64,000 nucleotides of DNA from an uncultured bacterium (GTDB lineage: Bacteria; Krumholzibacteriota; Krumholzibacteriia; JACNKJ01). The position numbers were made by a program, and so were the translations under genes. Of this stretch, positions 33,429 through 51,312 are shown one piece after another. Numbering within the stretch: position 1 is the first letter of the stretch; each line of letters opens with the position of its first letter. Below the pieces are notes generated by a model, which was given only the letters and a program-made list of their open reading frames with translations, was not told the DNA's origin and searched no databases. The stretch spans positions 2,912,001-2,976,000 of the forward strand of contig CAVOFT010000001.1 in assembly GCA_963695095.1 (NCBI GenBank), read 5' to 3'.

Positions 33429-34729
33429 TTCAGATCTCCTTCCGTCCCACTTTCGGGGGCGGGAGCGGTGAGTGCATCGAGGCGGGCGAGCGCGATGAAC
33501 CGATCGGCCACGCGCCGGGCGAGCCCGGCGCGGGCCTCGAGCCACAGATTCAAGTCCTCGATCACGGTGGAAAAGTCGCCGCGCCCGCCCAGGTAGGCAC
33601 TTCGCGCAGCGTCGAAGGCAAAGCCCGTCTGCGGAACAAACGATTCCTCGTAACGAACGATCTGCTCCTCGCTGCGCTCGTAGTCCGCGCGCAAGCTAGC
33701 CGCCTGCGCACGCGCGGCGGCCTCAGCGTCACGCAGTTCGTGTTGCGACATCGCAAGCTCGGCACGGGCGGCGCGGATCAGGGGCTTCTGCTTGCTGCCT
33801 GCCCAGAGCGGAATCTCCATACCCAGGCGCAGGTTCACCACTGGGTCCAGTTCGCCGCGGAAGCCAAGACCGGCGCCGACCATGAAATCGGGACGCAGGT
33901 CCAGCTTCGCTGCGCGAAGCTGCTGGGCGGCTGCTGAGACCCCCGCGCTGCGGACGGCGACATCGCCGGAGCCGGCGACGGCGAGGCTGTCCCAGGCCGC
34001 CGCGGGCGCCGCGGGGCGGGGAAGCGAGGTCACGAGTCCGAGCGGGGCCTCGGCGGGCAGGTCGAGAGTCCGGTTCAGCGCCGCCACCGCCATCGCCCGT
34101 TCCGCGCTGAGATCCCGCGCGCGCTCCTCGATGCGCGAAAGCGCCAGTCGGGTCTTGAACACCGCCTCCAGATCCGACTCGGCCACGCTCTGGCGCCCGC
34201 TGATCGTCGCCGACAGAAGCGCCAGCAGCTCGCGGCCGCCGTCCAGCGCGGCTGCTTCATGGTCCATCGCGTAGACCCGCGCGTAAAGCTCCCGCACCTG
34301 GCGCGCTACCTCCCGTCGCACCACTTCGAGCTCGCGCTCGCTCACCGAGGCCGCCTCGCGGGCAGCGGCGCGCCGAGCGCTGCGCTTGCCGGGGAAGGGA
34401 ATGCCTTGCGCAAGCTGGGGCCCGATCATCGACATCGGCATGTCCCCCACCGTCCACTCGGGGAAGTTCTCATCCTGGAGCATGAGTTCGAGGATGGGGT
34501 CGGGCAGCGCGCCGGCAGCGGATACCCGCTGCTCAGCGGCCTCCGCGCGGGCCGCCATTGCGGCGATCGCCGGCGCCCGCTGCATCGCCGCCGCCACCAA
34601 GCGCTCCACCGGCGGAGCGACGCCCGCTGTATCGAGCGCGGCGGGAGTGTCCGCAGTCGCGCGCAGCGCGGGCCCGCCGGTCGCCGCGAAGGCGCAGAGC
34701 AACAGCCATTGCCATCTGGGGAATCTCAT
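33425..34729 (-). CDS. TolC-family outer-membrane efflux protein
   Basis: GALPDP, GIPFPGKR, RPDFMVG, EIPLW; first gene of the cus-like operon. Confidence 0.85.
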   Translation of the reverse strand: MRFPRWQWLLLCAFAATGGPALRATADTPAALDTAGVAPPVERLVAAAMQRAPAIAAMAARAEAAEQRVSAAGALPDPILELMLQDENFPEWTVGDMPMSMIGPQLAQGIPFPGKRSARRAAAREAASVSERELEVVRREVARQVRELYARVYAMDHEAAALDGGRELLALLSATISGRQSVAESDLEAVFKTRLALSRIEERARDLSAERAMAVAALNRTLDLPAEAPLGLVTSLPRPAAPAAAWDSLAVAGSGDVAVRSAGVSAAAQQLRAAKLDLRPDFMVGAGLGFRGELDPVVNLRLGMEIPLWAGSKQKPLIRAARAELAMSQHELRDAEAAARAQAASLRADYERSEEQIVRYEESFVPQTGFAFDAARSAYLGGRGDFSTVIEDLNLWLEARAGLARRVADRFIALARLDALTAPAPESGTEGDLK

Positions 34730-34799
34730 CGGGGCTCCTCACGACCGAATCTCACACGAGGCGCGGCCCCCAGCGGCGGGGGCACTGCTCTGAAGAGAG

Positions 34800-34816
34800 C
34801 GCAATGGCCGTGCCGA
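34800..34816 (-). promoter_or_regulatory. Sigma54 -24/-12 promoter of the copper operon
   Basis: Minus strand reads CGGCACGGCCATTGC (GG-N10-GC), about 70 bp upstream of tolC and next to a sigma54 activator gene. Confidence 0.75.
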
Positions 34817-34895
34817 GCCCGCTGCCGGGTGTCGGCGTTGAGAGCAGAGGAGTTAGGGGGGCGCGCGGCGCCGCACGCGAGCCGCGAGGAAAAGA

Positions 34896-34927
34896 GCTTT
34901 CAAGGCCGCGGGCAAGGGGCTTTCAAG
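34896..34927. promoter_or_regulatory. Candidate enhancer (UAS): two GCTTTCAAG direct repeats
   Basis: Copies at 34896-34904 and 34919-34927, 80-110 bp upstream of the -24 box. Confidence 0.5.
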
Positions 34928-34962
34928 CGAGGCCGCAGCGCGAGCCTCGCCCGGCGCGGAGC

Positions 34963-36314
<1,352 letters not shown>

Positions 36315-36318
<4 letters not shown>

Positions 36319-38120
36319 GGGCGCAGCTCCGGTTCGCGGGGGATCAGCAAGCTCAAGCGGCTCCCGGCGCCCTCTTCGCTCTCCACCGCGACGCGACCGC
36401 CGTGCAACTCGGCGCACTTCTGCACCGTGCTCATGCCGAGCCCCACGCCCCCCTCCCGCGTCGTGAAGAAGGGATCGAAGAGCCGCGCGCGCAGGGCGGG
36501 CCCCATGCCGCGGCCTTCGTCGCTCACGGTCAGGCGCAGCCACGCTCCTTCACCAACAGCTTCGAGCGCGATCATCGCGCCCATTGTTGAGGCCTGGGAA
36601 GCGTTGTCCAGCAGGTTGACGAGAGCGCGGCGAAGCATCTCAGGGTCGCCGTGGAAGTACAAGTCCGGATCGGGCGGGCTGAGCGCAAGGCGCTGGCCGC
36701 GCGCCTCGCGCTCGGCGGCGCTGAGCCCGCCGGCCTCGCGCAGCAGATCGCCGGCCAGGAGCGGGGCAAGATGCACGACGACTGGGCGGCTATAATCGAG
36801 CAGTTCGCCCAGCATGCGCTCCAGGCGCTCGCCCTGCTCGCGGGCGATCTGCAGCTGCTCGCGCTCCACCGCGCTGAGCGCGGCGCGGCGGGCGAGACTG
36901 GAGAGGTTCATCTTCATCGCCGCGAGTGGATTCCTCATCTCGTGGACGAGGCCGGCGGCCACGCGGCCGAGTTCGGCCTGCTGCTCGGCGCGAGCCAGCT
37001 CGCGGCCGCTGCGGGCGAGGGCCTCGCGGCCGCGGGCAAGCGCGGCGACCATCTCGCCGAAGCGCTCGCCGAGGCGGCCGATCTCGCCAGGCCCACGCAG
37101 CAGTTCAGGCATCGCAAGATCGCCGCCCGCCACGCGCTCGCTGGCCAGGGCGAGGTCGACCAAGGGCCGCGAGAGCCGCCGGGAGAGCGTGACGGCGAGG
37201 GCGAGGGCGATGAGCACGGCGGCCAGGCCGAGCAGGGCGATCTGCCGCGCGAGGCGGCCCAGCGGCGCGAAGGCCTCGGCGGTGCCGATCTCGGCGAGCA
37301 GGGCCCACTGCTGGCGGGGCAGCCATTCCCAGGCGCCCAGCACCTCGTCGCCGAGCACGCCGCGGTAGACGCTGCTGCCGCTGGCGCCCGCGAGGGCAGC
37401 GTGCACGCCGGCCGTGGGCATCTTGTGCGTGAGGGCGGGCGGATGGTGCATGTTGCGCGACGGCGTGAGCATCGTGGTGTCGGCGCCGACGAGGTAGGTC
37501 TCGCCCGTGGCGCCCAGGCCGGTCGTGTCGGCGAGGATGGGCTGGATCGTGCTGCCCGGGCGCATCACGGCGAGGAGCACCCCGCGCAGCTCGCCCGCCA
37601 CGCTGATCGGCTGGGCGAGGTGCATCACCGGATCGCCGTCGGGGTCGAGCGCGACGCCGCCCAGCACGGGGCCGCCGGACTCGAGCGCGAGGCCCAGCTC
37701 GGGCAGCGTGGGCGGCAGGCGGTGCTCGGGCGCCGGCGCGCCGGCTTCGGCGAGGATCTCGCCATCGAGACCGACGAGCAGGCAGCGGCGATAGGCGCTC
37801 TGGCGGCCGAGCAGCAGGGCGAGCTGCGCGTCGAGTGCCGCGCGATCGGGCGCGGGCCGCGCCAGCTCCTTTTCGATCAGGGTGTCCAGCAGGGCCATGT
37901 CCCCGAGGCGCTCCTCGAACCAGCTCTCCAGGCGCGCACGGCGCTCGCGGGCGACGCCGCGCATGTGGCTCATCGCCTCGGCCTCGATGGCCTGGCGGGC
38001 GCGAGCGTAGGCGAGGGCGCCCACGGCGGCGGCGGTGAGCAGGCTGAGCAGGGCGAGCGAGAGGAAGAGCCGCCAGCCGAAGGCGCCGAGGAAGGGCGTG
38101 TCCCGGCGGGCGGCGCCCAC
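36315..38120 (-). CDS. Sensor histidine kinase (periplasmic Cache-like domain, HAMP, HisKA, HATPase)
   Basis: Two TM segments, HEMRNPL, NLLDNA, DEGRG, FFTT, GVGLG. Confidence 0.9.
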
Positions 38121-38123
38121 GCG

Positions 38124-38539
38124 CTAGGCCTCCGCCCCGAGGGCGGCGAGCACGCGGGCGAGCCGCTCGTTCACCTGGGCCGCGATGGGCGCGAGCTTGG
38201 GATTGTCGATCATCCCCATCAGGCTGGCGATGTCCAGCACGCCCACGCGCGTCTTGCCGCCGGCGACCTCGCGCAGGGTGACGTTGCAGGGCAGCAGCAG
38301 GCCGATGTCGGGCTCGGCCTCGATGGCGCCGTGGGCCAGCGGCGGATTGCAGGCGCCGAGGATGAGCTGGGCGGGCACTTCCAGGGCCGAGCTTCGCGCG
38401 CAGGGTGGCCTGCACGTCGATCTCGGTGAGGATGCCGAAGCCCTCGGCCTTGAGCAGGGCCTCGGCGCTTCGGCCGCCACTGGGCCACGCTGCCGGGGAG
38501 GTCGAGATAGAGCCCGTAGGCGTTGCGGCTGGCTTGCAT
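38124..38539 (-). CDS. DUF302-domain protein (frameshifted)
   Basis: LKAEGFGILTEIDVQATL, ILGACNPPLAH, IGLLLPCNV. Confidence 0.8.
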
Positions 38540-38595
38540 TGGCTTCTCCTTCGCTGGCGCCGCCGGCGCTAGTCCTCGCAGTCGAGGCGCTTGCA

Positions 38596-38874
38596 TCAGC
38601 CGTCCCAGAGGCGCTCGTAGTCGATAAGGCGCTTGTCGATCCAGGCCTCGGCCACCGCTCGCTCGGGCCAGGCCCGCAGGAGCGCTTCACCCCGCTCGCC
38701 GGCTTCCAGAGCGACGAAGCGCTCGCCGCAGGCGAACAGACGCAGCACTTCGCCGCCGAAGACCGGCTCCTCGCGAAGGATCGGGCAGGCCTCGCGCAGC
38801 GCGGCGGCCTCGGCGGTGCTCACGGCGCGGGGCTTGGGGGTGAGGGTGGCGAGCAGGGTCTCGAGCGCGTCCAT
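38596..38874 (-). CDS. Hypothetical protein, 92 aa
   Basis: GC3-biased ORF ending RLIDYERLWDG; TAGGCT -10-like element ends 7 nt before the ATG. Confidence 0.6.
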   Translation of the reverse strand: MDALETLLATLTPKPRAVSTAEAAALREACPILREEPVFGGEVLRLFACGERFVALEAGERGEALLRAWPERAVAEAWIDKRLIDYERLWDG

Positions 38875-38899
38875 GCTTGCAGCCTAGCGAAATGCCGGT

Positions 38900-38949
38900 G
38901 GATTGTACACGTGTACAAATGAGCGGGACTTGCCACGTGGCAAGTCCCG
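38900..38949. repeat. Paired perfect palindromes
   Basis: TTGTACACGTGTACAA (38903-38918) and CGGGACTTGCCACGTGGCAAGTCCCG (38924-38949). Confidence 0.85.
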
Positions 38950-38992
38950 GGGGAGGTGCAAGCAGGGGAACGTGAGGCGCTGAGTCGCCGGC

Positions 38993-41900
38993 TCAGCGCA
39001 GGAGGATCAGGCGTTTGCTCTCCGTGTGCCCCAGCGCGGCAAAGCGAATGAAGTAAACGCCACTGGCCTGCGGGTTCCCGGCGGCGTCGCGGCCGTCCCA
39101 GGTGAGAGCCTGCTCGCCGGCGGCAAAGGGGCCGTCGGCGAGGGTGGCAATGCGGCGGCCGGCGAGGTCGAAGATCTCCAGGCGCATGCGCCCCGGCACG
39201 GCGAGCGTGAAGGGCAGCGTGACGGCCGGGTTGAAGGGGTTCGGATGCGGGGCCAAGAGGCGCGTGGCGAAGGCCGGCGGCAGCGTGACCGCGAGCGTGC
39301 GCAGAAGCTGCCAGTCCTCGCCGGGCAGGCGGCCTTCGAGGCGGTAGCTCAGCTCGCCCCCGGGGGCGAGCTGGGGATTCTCGTCGTGGGCGCTGAAGCG
39401 GCCGGAGCCGGCGGCCTGCCAGGCGACGTCCCAGCTCGCCGCGCCGCGTGTGCCGGTGAGGCGGAAGTCGGCGAGGGCGTCGGCTTCCCAGGCAAGATCC
39501 ACGGCGCCGGCGGTCGGCGTCGCCGTGAAGCTGGCGAGGGCGACGGGGGTCACATCGCAACCCTGTCCGAGAGCCCCGATCAGCACGCTACAGTCATTGT
39601 TCTCCGGAAGGCAGGGGGAGTCGGACTGGAGTTGGTAGTTGCCACCGTAGGTGCCATTGCCCAACGCGCCACAGAACTGGGGATCAACGGAGATGTTGCC
39701 ATCCTGGCCAAGGAACGGCGCCAGGGTTCCCTCCCAGTCCCCCACCTGGCTGCCAACGAAGTTGCAGCAAGTGATGCCGAGCAGATGGGCAGGGTAGTCC
39801 GTGTAGGCGCCGGGGTGGTTCAGAGAGCGAGCAATCAGGGTGTTCTCAAGGCTGATCGGCGCGTTGATGTCGATGGCGGCGCCACCGTCGAAGCTGCAAC
39901 CATTGGCGACGAAGGTACAGCCCGCCACCTCCGTGTAGCCTCCGTACGAGATGTAGAGCCCACCACCATACCAGGAGGCCCAGTTGTCAGCGATGATGCA
40001 GTTATGCAGTATCAACTGGTTGTTTGAGCTGTGGATGGCAGCACCATTCCGGGCGGCACGATTGCCGAGGAAAGTGCAGCGCTCGAACCGCACAGTGCTG
40101 CCGTTGATGTACGCAGTACCGTTCTCGGAACTTATGCATAGCTCAAAGCGGCAGTCCTCTAGCGTGACGGTCGAGTTGGTGCAGTACAGCCCACCGCCGC
40201 TGCCGCGGCCGTTGCGCACCGTCAAACCGGCGACGTAGCAGCCGGCGGGCAGCCCGCTCGCGCGGAGCCCGCTGGAGACACCGTCGCAATCGAGAATGAC
40301 CGTTTGCGGTGCGCTCGGCACGCCGATCAGGGCGACCCCAGCGCGCAGAACACAGCCACCGCTCGGTGGCATGTACGTCCCCGGCGCAATGAAGACCGTG
40401 TCGCCGATGTCGGCGTGGCTGAGTCCCTCTTGGATGCTCGGGTAGTCCGCAGGGATGAAGACGTTTGGATTGGAGATGGTGAAGGTACCCGACGTGTCGG
40501 CTGGTTCGCCATCGCCTGCATCGCAGATTCTCAGAAGGCACGTGTCGGAATACGGACCAATTGCTGGCCAGAGCTGGCCATGCTGAGCCGCAGGGAGGCT
40601 GGGATAGAGAACCTCCCATGGCCCAGAGGCACCCTGGCGTGAGAGTTCGATGCGAACACTGGCTGGGCCTTCTGCTGTCGTCCAGCGAATCTCGAGATTG
40701 CTGCCTGCATCGACCTCTGTGCCCGCTAGGGGCTTCGTTAAGGCGATCTGCTCGCCGGGGCGATGACCCGTTGCTCTCGCGGAGCGCCCAGGTCCCTCAG
40801 CATGCTCCGCGCGCACCTGGTACTCGTGATCACCCGGGCTGCAATCGGCATCGAGGTGGCCAGTCTGCCCCGGATCCGCCCCGGCCAGAATCAGTTCAGC
40901 ATCGCGAAAGATAGAGAAGCCGAGGTTGCCGCTGCCGCTCCACTCCCAGGCTAGCTGAATGCCCTCCCAGTTGTCCTCGCTTGCGGTCAGATTCGTTGGC
41001 ACGGCCTGCCCATGGCACGCCTGCTTGTGGGTCCCGATCAGCACGCCGTAGGGATTGTTCTCGGGCAAGCACCAGGACTCGGCGGCAACGTGGAAGTCAT
41101 CGCCTGCGGGATCGCAGAGCGCGGGATCGATAAAGATGACTCCCTCCTCGCCTTCCTGGAACAGATTGTCGTGGAAGACCGTCCGATCTACTCGCCGGGC
41201 GCCATGGAGCGGCAAGCTGTTGTGCACGAAGACACAACGACTGACCGTGACATGTTCAACGGAATGGACTGCGGCGGCTTGCTGCGATAGGTACCGCTGA
41301 TCATAGAACAAGCAATTCCTGAGTGTTGTCGGCACCTCCGTGTAGATCGCTTGGCCCAGGTGATCGCCCCAGTGGGCGTAGGCGAAGTTGTGGGCAAACA
41401 CGGAGTACTCGACGCGCAATGAACCCGATCCGTAGGCAGCAATTGACGCCCCACGGGTGATGCAATCCTCCCAGCCTTCCTGGTTTACGGAGTGGAGTCG
41501 ATTGCGCAGGAACCAGCACTCCCGCAGTGTCACATCTGCGTCGCTGCAATACAGCGCACCACCGCGGAACACGCCGCCCCAGTTGCTGTAGCCGTTGTTA
41601 TCGAGGCAGCGAACCCTCTCTAGCGTCAGAGCAGCGCCGGCAAGGTAGATCGCACCGCCATTCCATGACCCGCCTGGCAGCCAGCAATCGCGAATGATGA
41701 GATCGCACAGGCTGGGCGCGCTACCCTCGACCCGAATGGCACTGCCTGGACCGAGTGCCCCCCTCGCCACGGTGAAACCTCTGAAGACGCTGCTGACTGT
41801 CTCACCCGCGACGAACTCGATGCCGCGGCCGTTGTCGGCGCAGTCGATCACCGTCGCCTCAGCACCGGCCTCGGAGGTCAGTACCAGGTCTACGCCGTGG

Positions 41901-42079
41901 AAGCTGAGGTTGTGATTGCCAGTACCCGTGTAGGTCCCCGGCGCGACGAGCACGGTGTCGCCCTCGGCGCAGGCGTCGATGCCGGCCTGGATGGTGGCGT
42001 ACTCGCTGGGCACGCGGTGCGTGGCGGCATGGGCGGTGGGGGGAAGCAGGAGAACGAGGATCGCAAGAGCGGCGCGCAT
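38993..42079 (-). CDS. Large secreted protein with two beta-helix modules and a FlgD/T9SS-like CTD
   Basis: VPSEYATIQAGIDAC and IPADYPSIQEGL module starts, each followed by a Cys-rich DP.(L/F)C...C.P.NN...IG tail; ends PHPNPFNP...SGVYFIRF...KRLILLR. Confidence 0.85.
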   Translation of the reverse strand: MRAALAILVLLLPPTAHAATHRVPSEYATIQAGIDACAEGDTVLVAPGTYTGTGNHNLSFHGVDLVLTSEAGAEATVIDCADNGRGIEFVAGETVSSVFRGFTVARGALGPGSAIRVEGSAPSLCDLIIRDCWLPGGSWNGGAIYLAGAALTLERVRCLDNNGYSNWGGVFRGGALYCSDADVTLRECWFLRNRLHSVNQEGWEDCITRGASIAAYGSGSLRVEYSVFAHNFAYAHWGDHLGQAIYTEVPTTLRNCLFYDQRYLSQQAAAVHSVEHVTVSRCVFVHNSLPLHGARRVDRTVFHDNLFQEGEEGVIFIDPALCDPAGDDFHVAAESWCLPENNPYGVLIGTHKQACHGQAVPTNLTASEDNWEGIQLAWEWSGSGNLGFSIFRDAELILAGADPGQTGHLDADCSPGDHEYQVRAEHAEGPGRSARATGHRPGEQIALTKPLAGTEVDAGSNLEIRWTTAEGPASVRIELSRQGASGPWEVLYPSLPAAQHGQLWPAIGPYSDTCLLRICDAGDGEPADTSGTFTISNPNVFIPADYPSIQEGLSHADIGDTVFIAPGTYMPPSGGCVLRAGVALIGVPSAPQTVILDCDGVSSGLRASGLPAGCYVAGLTVRNGRGSGGGLYCTNSTVTLEDCRFELCISSENGTAYINGSTVRFERCTFLGNRAARNGAAIHSSNNQLILHNCIIADNWASWYGGGLYISYGGYTEVAGCTFVANGCSFDGGAAIDINAPISLENTLIARSLNHPGAYTDYPAHLLGITCCNFVGSQVGDWEGTLAPFLGQDGNISVDPQFCGALGNGTYGGNYQLQSDSPCLPENNDCSVLIGALGQGCDVTPVALASFTATPTAGAVDLAWEADALADFRLTGTRGAASWDVAWQAAGSGRFSAHDENPQLAPGGELSYRLEGRLPGEDWQLLRTLAVTLPPAFATRLLAPHPNPFNPAVTLPFTLAVPGRMRLEIFDLAGRRIATLADGPFAAGEQALTWDGRDAAGNPQASGVYFIRFAALGHTESKRLILLR

Positions 42080-42246
42080 GAGAACCTCACATCCCTCGGC
42101 GGACCGGCCCGCCGGTTGCCCGACGCTGACCCGCGCGGGGAGCGCGCGTCAGCGGCCTGGATTAGGTTCTTAGCAAGGACTCGCCGCCGGACTCCTCGGG
42201 CTCGGGAATGCCCAATTCTACCAGGGCGAAGCAGGGCGCAGCAAGG

Positions 42247-42336
42247 GGATTGTACACGTGTACAGCGCCGGTGTGCTGCGCAGAGCCCCAGCGAGAAGCC
42301 CCTCGCGCGAGCCGCGCCGCGTTGCCGCGTGGCAAC
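42247..42336. repeat. Second palindrome pair
   Basis: GGATTGTACACGTGTACA (42247-42264, identical to 38900-38917) and GTTGCCGCGTGGCAAC (42321-42336). Confidence 0.8.
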
Positions 42337-42710
42337 TCAGCCGGGCGGCTGCTGCCCCCGCTCGCGCTCGATGAGTCCGAGCATGTGCCCCTCGGGGTCG
42401 CGGAAGAAGGCCAACCGACCGACACCCGCCACCGCGAAAGGCCCCTGCAGGATCTCGCGCCCCAGCTCGCGGGCGCGGGCGCAGCTGGCCTCGATGTCCT
42501 CCACCTCCACGTAGAGGCAGCGGTGCGTGGGTAGCGCCCCCTTGCCCGTGAAGATCCCGCCGCCGATGTCGCCCGGCTTGCCGCTGCCCTTCTGCTCCCA
42601 GATCCCGCTGGCCGGGTCCTGCGGCAGCTTCCAGTCGAAGAGCGCGCGGTAGAAGGCGCTGAGCGCCTCGCCGTCGACGGCGTTGATCTCCCACCACACC
42701 ACCCGGTTCT

Positions 42711-42714
<4 letters not shown>
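42337..42714 (-). CDS. VOC/glyoxalase family protein
   Basis: [40 protein letters not shown]. Confidence 0.85.
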
Positions 42715-48278
<5,564 letters not shown>

Positions 48279-48281
48279 GGC

Positions 48282-49070
48282 CTAGTTCCCCTTGGCCCCG
48301 CGTCCGAGACCGGCAACGACAAAGGTGTTGCCGGCGCTCCTGTCGCGGGTCACCTCGATCAGGCCCTGCGCCGCGGCGTCCTCGAGCAGGTCGCCGAAGG
48401 TGGAGAAGCCGGCGTTCTGCTCGTTGAAGGAGGGCTGCTTGCGCTTCATCGTGTCCTTGACCAGGGACGAGTAGAGCGTGCCGCGTCCCTCGCGCATGAG
48501 GGCCGTGACGGTGGACAGCAGCAGCTGGAAGGCCTTCTGCTTGGGCATGGGCAGCTTCTCGAGCGTACCTCTGGCCGCCTTGGGCGCGATGGCCTTGCCG
48601 AGATCCTCGACGAAGATGAACTCGTCGCAGGCGTCGACCAGCAGATCGCTGGCCGCCTCCCGGAGCGCCATGCCGACGATGATGCGTCGGTTCTCGCGCA
48701 GCTTGTTGACCAGCGGCGTGATGTCGCTGTCGCCCGAGATGATGACGAAGGTGTCGATGTGCTCCTTGGCGTAGCACAGCTCCATGGCGTCGACGACGAG
48801 GCGGATGTCGGCGCTGTTCTTGCCCGAGATGCGCGGCTTGGGAATCTCGATCAGCTCGATTCCCGCGCTGTGCAGGTCGTCCTTCTCCTTGGGGTAGCGC
48901 GACCAGTCGGCGTAGGCGCGCTTGACGACCACCTTGCCCTTTTCGAGCAGACGGTCGAGGACGGGCCTGATCTCGAAGCGGCTGCTGCGGCCGCGGGGGG
49001 CGCGGCCCAGGGCCACGTTGTCGAAGTCGATGAAGAGCGCGATCTGGCTCTCCTGGCGGGTACCGTTCAC
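48282..49070 (-). CDS. NYN-domain (PIN-like) protein with OST-HTH/LOTUS domain
   Basis: ALFIDFDNV, RAYADW, GKNSADIRLVVDAM, ISGDSD, ACDEFIF, PSFNEQNAGFSTFGDLL. Confidence 0.88.
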   Translation of the reverse strand: MNGTRQESQIALFIDFDNVALGRAPRGRSSRFEIRPVLDRLLEKGKVVVKRAYADWSRYPKEKDDLHSAGIELIEIPKPRISGKNSADIRLVVDAMELCYAKEHIDTFVIISGDSDITPLVNKLRENRRIIVGMALREAASDLLVDACDEFIFVEDLGKAIAPKAARGTLEKLPMPKQKAFQLLLSTVTALMREGRGTLYSSLVKDTMKRKQPSFNEQNAGFSTFGDLLEDAAAQGLIEVTRDRSAGNTFVVAGLGRGAKGN

Positions 49071-49236
49071 GGCACCTCCGTTTCGGGATGCGGGAAAGGC
49101 AGCGGCGGCGCCAAGGCTGGCGCGCCGCGGGGAAGATGGCCTACTCTGGCACGGCAGCGGGCAGAGGGTCAATCACCGGAATTGCCATCCCGAGCGGCGG
49201 CGGCTATGCTGAAGTCGGGTGTCGGAAGGGGGAATC

Positions 49237-49887
49237 GTGCCAAATTGCCTCCTCCGGGTCGGCTTGGCCGGGATGCTCGTCGCAGCGAGCTTCCAGTGCG
49301 CCCCCGCAGCGGGCAGCGTGCGCTTCGCCGCCTTCGGCTGGGAGAGCGGCGGCCTCGGTCCCGCCGCGCTCGGCGATACGCTCTGGATCGCCGGCCTTGT
49401 CGACAGGGTCTTTGCCGATAGCGGGATTCCCTACTGGCCCGGCAGCCGCGAATACACGGTGCTCCTCCGCGATCTCATCTCCTGGGGCGAGCAGGAGGCG
49501 GACATTTACGACTTCTGCCTTTACTCCGGCGGTCGCCTGGAGATCTACGCGGGATTGGAGCACGACGCGGACTACCTGGCGACGAACGCCGGGGCGGAGC
49601 CGCCCGCAGCCTTCGGCAATGGGGATCTCTGGCTCTCCGCCGCCATCGTGGACTTCCGCTTCATCCGCGGCGACTATGGGCGGAGCTTCTACTGCCGGCT
49701 CGAGTTCGATGGCGGCCTGGCCCTGCCCTGGTTCCGCCGTCCCGGCGACTGCGCTGCCGGGTGCGATGCGGCTGCGGGCGACTACCTGGCGGCGGGCTAC
49801 ACGCTGGCGTTCGACGAGGCCTGGATCTGGACCCACTCGGGAACGGACATGCCCGACAGCTTCAGTGCGATCAAGTCGCTCTACTGA
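49237..49887 (+). CDS. Secreted hypothetical protein with short C-terminal motif
   Basis: Signal-like N-terminus; YSGGRLEIY; ends DSFSAIKSLY. Confidence 0.7.
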   Translation: MPNCLLRVGLAGMLVAASFQCAPAAGSVRFAAFGWESGGLGPAALGDTLWIAGLVDRVFADSGIPYWPGSREYTVLLRDLISWGEQEADIYDFCLYSGGRLEIYAGLEHDADYLATNAGAEPPAAFGNGDLWLSAAIVDFRFIRGDYGRSFYCRLEFDGGLALPWFRRPGDCAAGCDAAAGDYLAAGYTLAFDEAWIWTHSGTDMPDSFSAIKSLY

Positions 49888-49888
49888 T

Positions 49889-51121
49889 TCAGTACAGCGA
49901 CTTCACCCGACCCCAGCTCGATTCGGCCGTGGCGGTCGCGCAGGCCGCGCAGCCCGCTCCGTAGGCGCCGATACCGAGCGGGAGGCAGGGGCTGTCCGCG
50001 CAGAGCGCAAAGTCGCCACCCGGCTCATCGCAGAAGAGCGGATTTGCGATCAGGGTGCCGGTTTCGCTGCCCACCAAATCGTCGCCGCCCGTGTTGCCCC
50101 ACACGCAGGTCTGCGCGAAGGCGACTGTTCGAGCTCGCCGCGATATCGAAGGTGGCGCTGCCGTGATTGAACGCGATCAGGTTTCGGGTCACGTCGAGGA
50201 TTGCATGGCCGTAGGCGATACCTGCCCCCGCCGGGGCCGTGTTGTCGGCGATCGTGTTCTCGATCAGGTTCGCCGCTGCCGTACCAGACGTAGATCCCGC
50301 CGCCATCGGAGAACCACTGGGTGCCGGCATCATTGAAGGCGATCTCGTTGCCACGGAGCGATGGCCTGGGAGTTGTAGTGCTCGAGGGCCAGCCCACCGC
50401 CGTGGCCGTCGACGGCATTTCCCACGATTGCGCAGTCGCTCACCTCGCCTGAGAAGCACGTCAGTGCTGATACCGCCGCCGACGAAGTCAGCCACGTTGT
50501 CGGTAATCCTGCAATTCAGCAGGCGCGCGCTGCCTTGCATGTAGACGCCACCGCCCCGGCTCTCGGACCGCCGCGGAGAGGGCCTGACAGTGGTGGATAC
50601 CGCTGTTCTCCGCCACGCTGCCGGAGCCGATGTAGAGGCCGCCGCCATGGTCGGCCGCGCACCAGGCGATGACGCAGTTGTTGATGGTGACGCCCACGAA
50701 AGCGCCCAGCCATCAGCCCACCGCCGTCGGTGCTGTAGGCGCCGACATTGTCCCGGGCGTCCGCACCAGTGATGCGGCAGTAGGCGAAGCTCGAGCCGCC
50801 ATCCGCTCCCGCGGGAATCTCGATGTGCCCCCAGGTCGTGCCGGCGATGTGCGGAACAAAGAGGATGGAGTCACCCGCTGTGCCCGCGGCCTGGATGAGA
50901 CCCTCCACGGCGAGCACGTAGTTGCCGTCAAAGCGGATCTCGACGCCGGGCTCGATGCTCAGCGTCTCACCAGCGGGGATCCTGATGTGCCCGGCGACGA
51001 CGTAGGGCGAGCCCGCCGCCGTCCATATCCCGGAAACATCGCCGGGACCGACCGGCGTCGCTGCGGCTGGGGCCGCGGCAATCAGAGTAAACAGCGCTAC
51101 GAGAGCGAATCCCTTCATCAT
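49889..51121 (-). CDS. Secreted beta-helix protein (several frameshifts)
   Basis: MMKGFALVALF..., SGIWTAAGSPYVV, GGG repeats, NPLFC...DSPCLP..IGAYGAGC; ends ESSWGRVKSLY. Confidence 0.7.
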
Positions 51122-51312
51122 CCCCACCTCCCGGATAGGTTCCGAAGCTCCTGCTGCTCCATTTTGACAGCGTGGCCGGCGTCGATCAACCCCGATCCGC
51201 GTTGCCGATCTTCGAATCGATGATTCCGGTAAGCGATGCTGAATCCTCCGGCCGTCGGTGGGCATCGAAACCGCACTGGAAGCAAATCCCCGATTCCGAA
51301 CCGGAGGTCCCC

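Noticed and set aside
49070..49240. SAM-I riboswitch upstream of the met genes
   Set aside because: No recognisable SAM-I core by eye.
51130..51310. c-di-AMP (ydaO) riboswitch suggested by GCTGAATCC at 51238
   Set aside because: The remaining conserved elements are not visible; this is a divergent promoter region.
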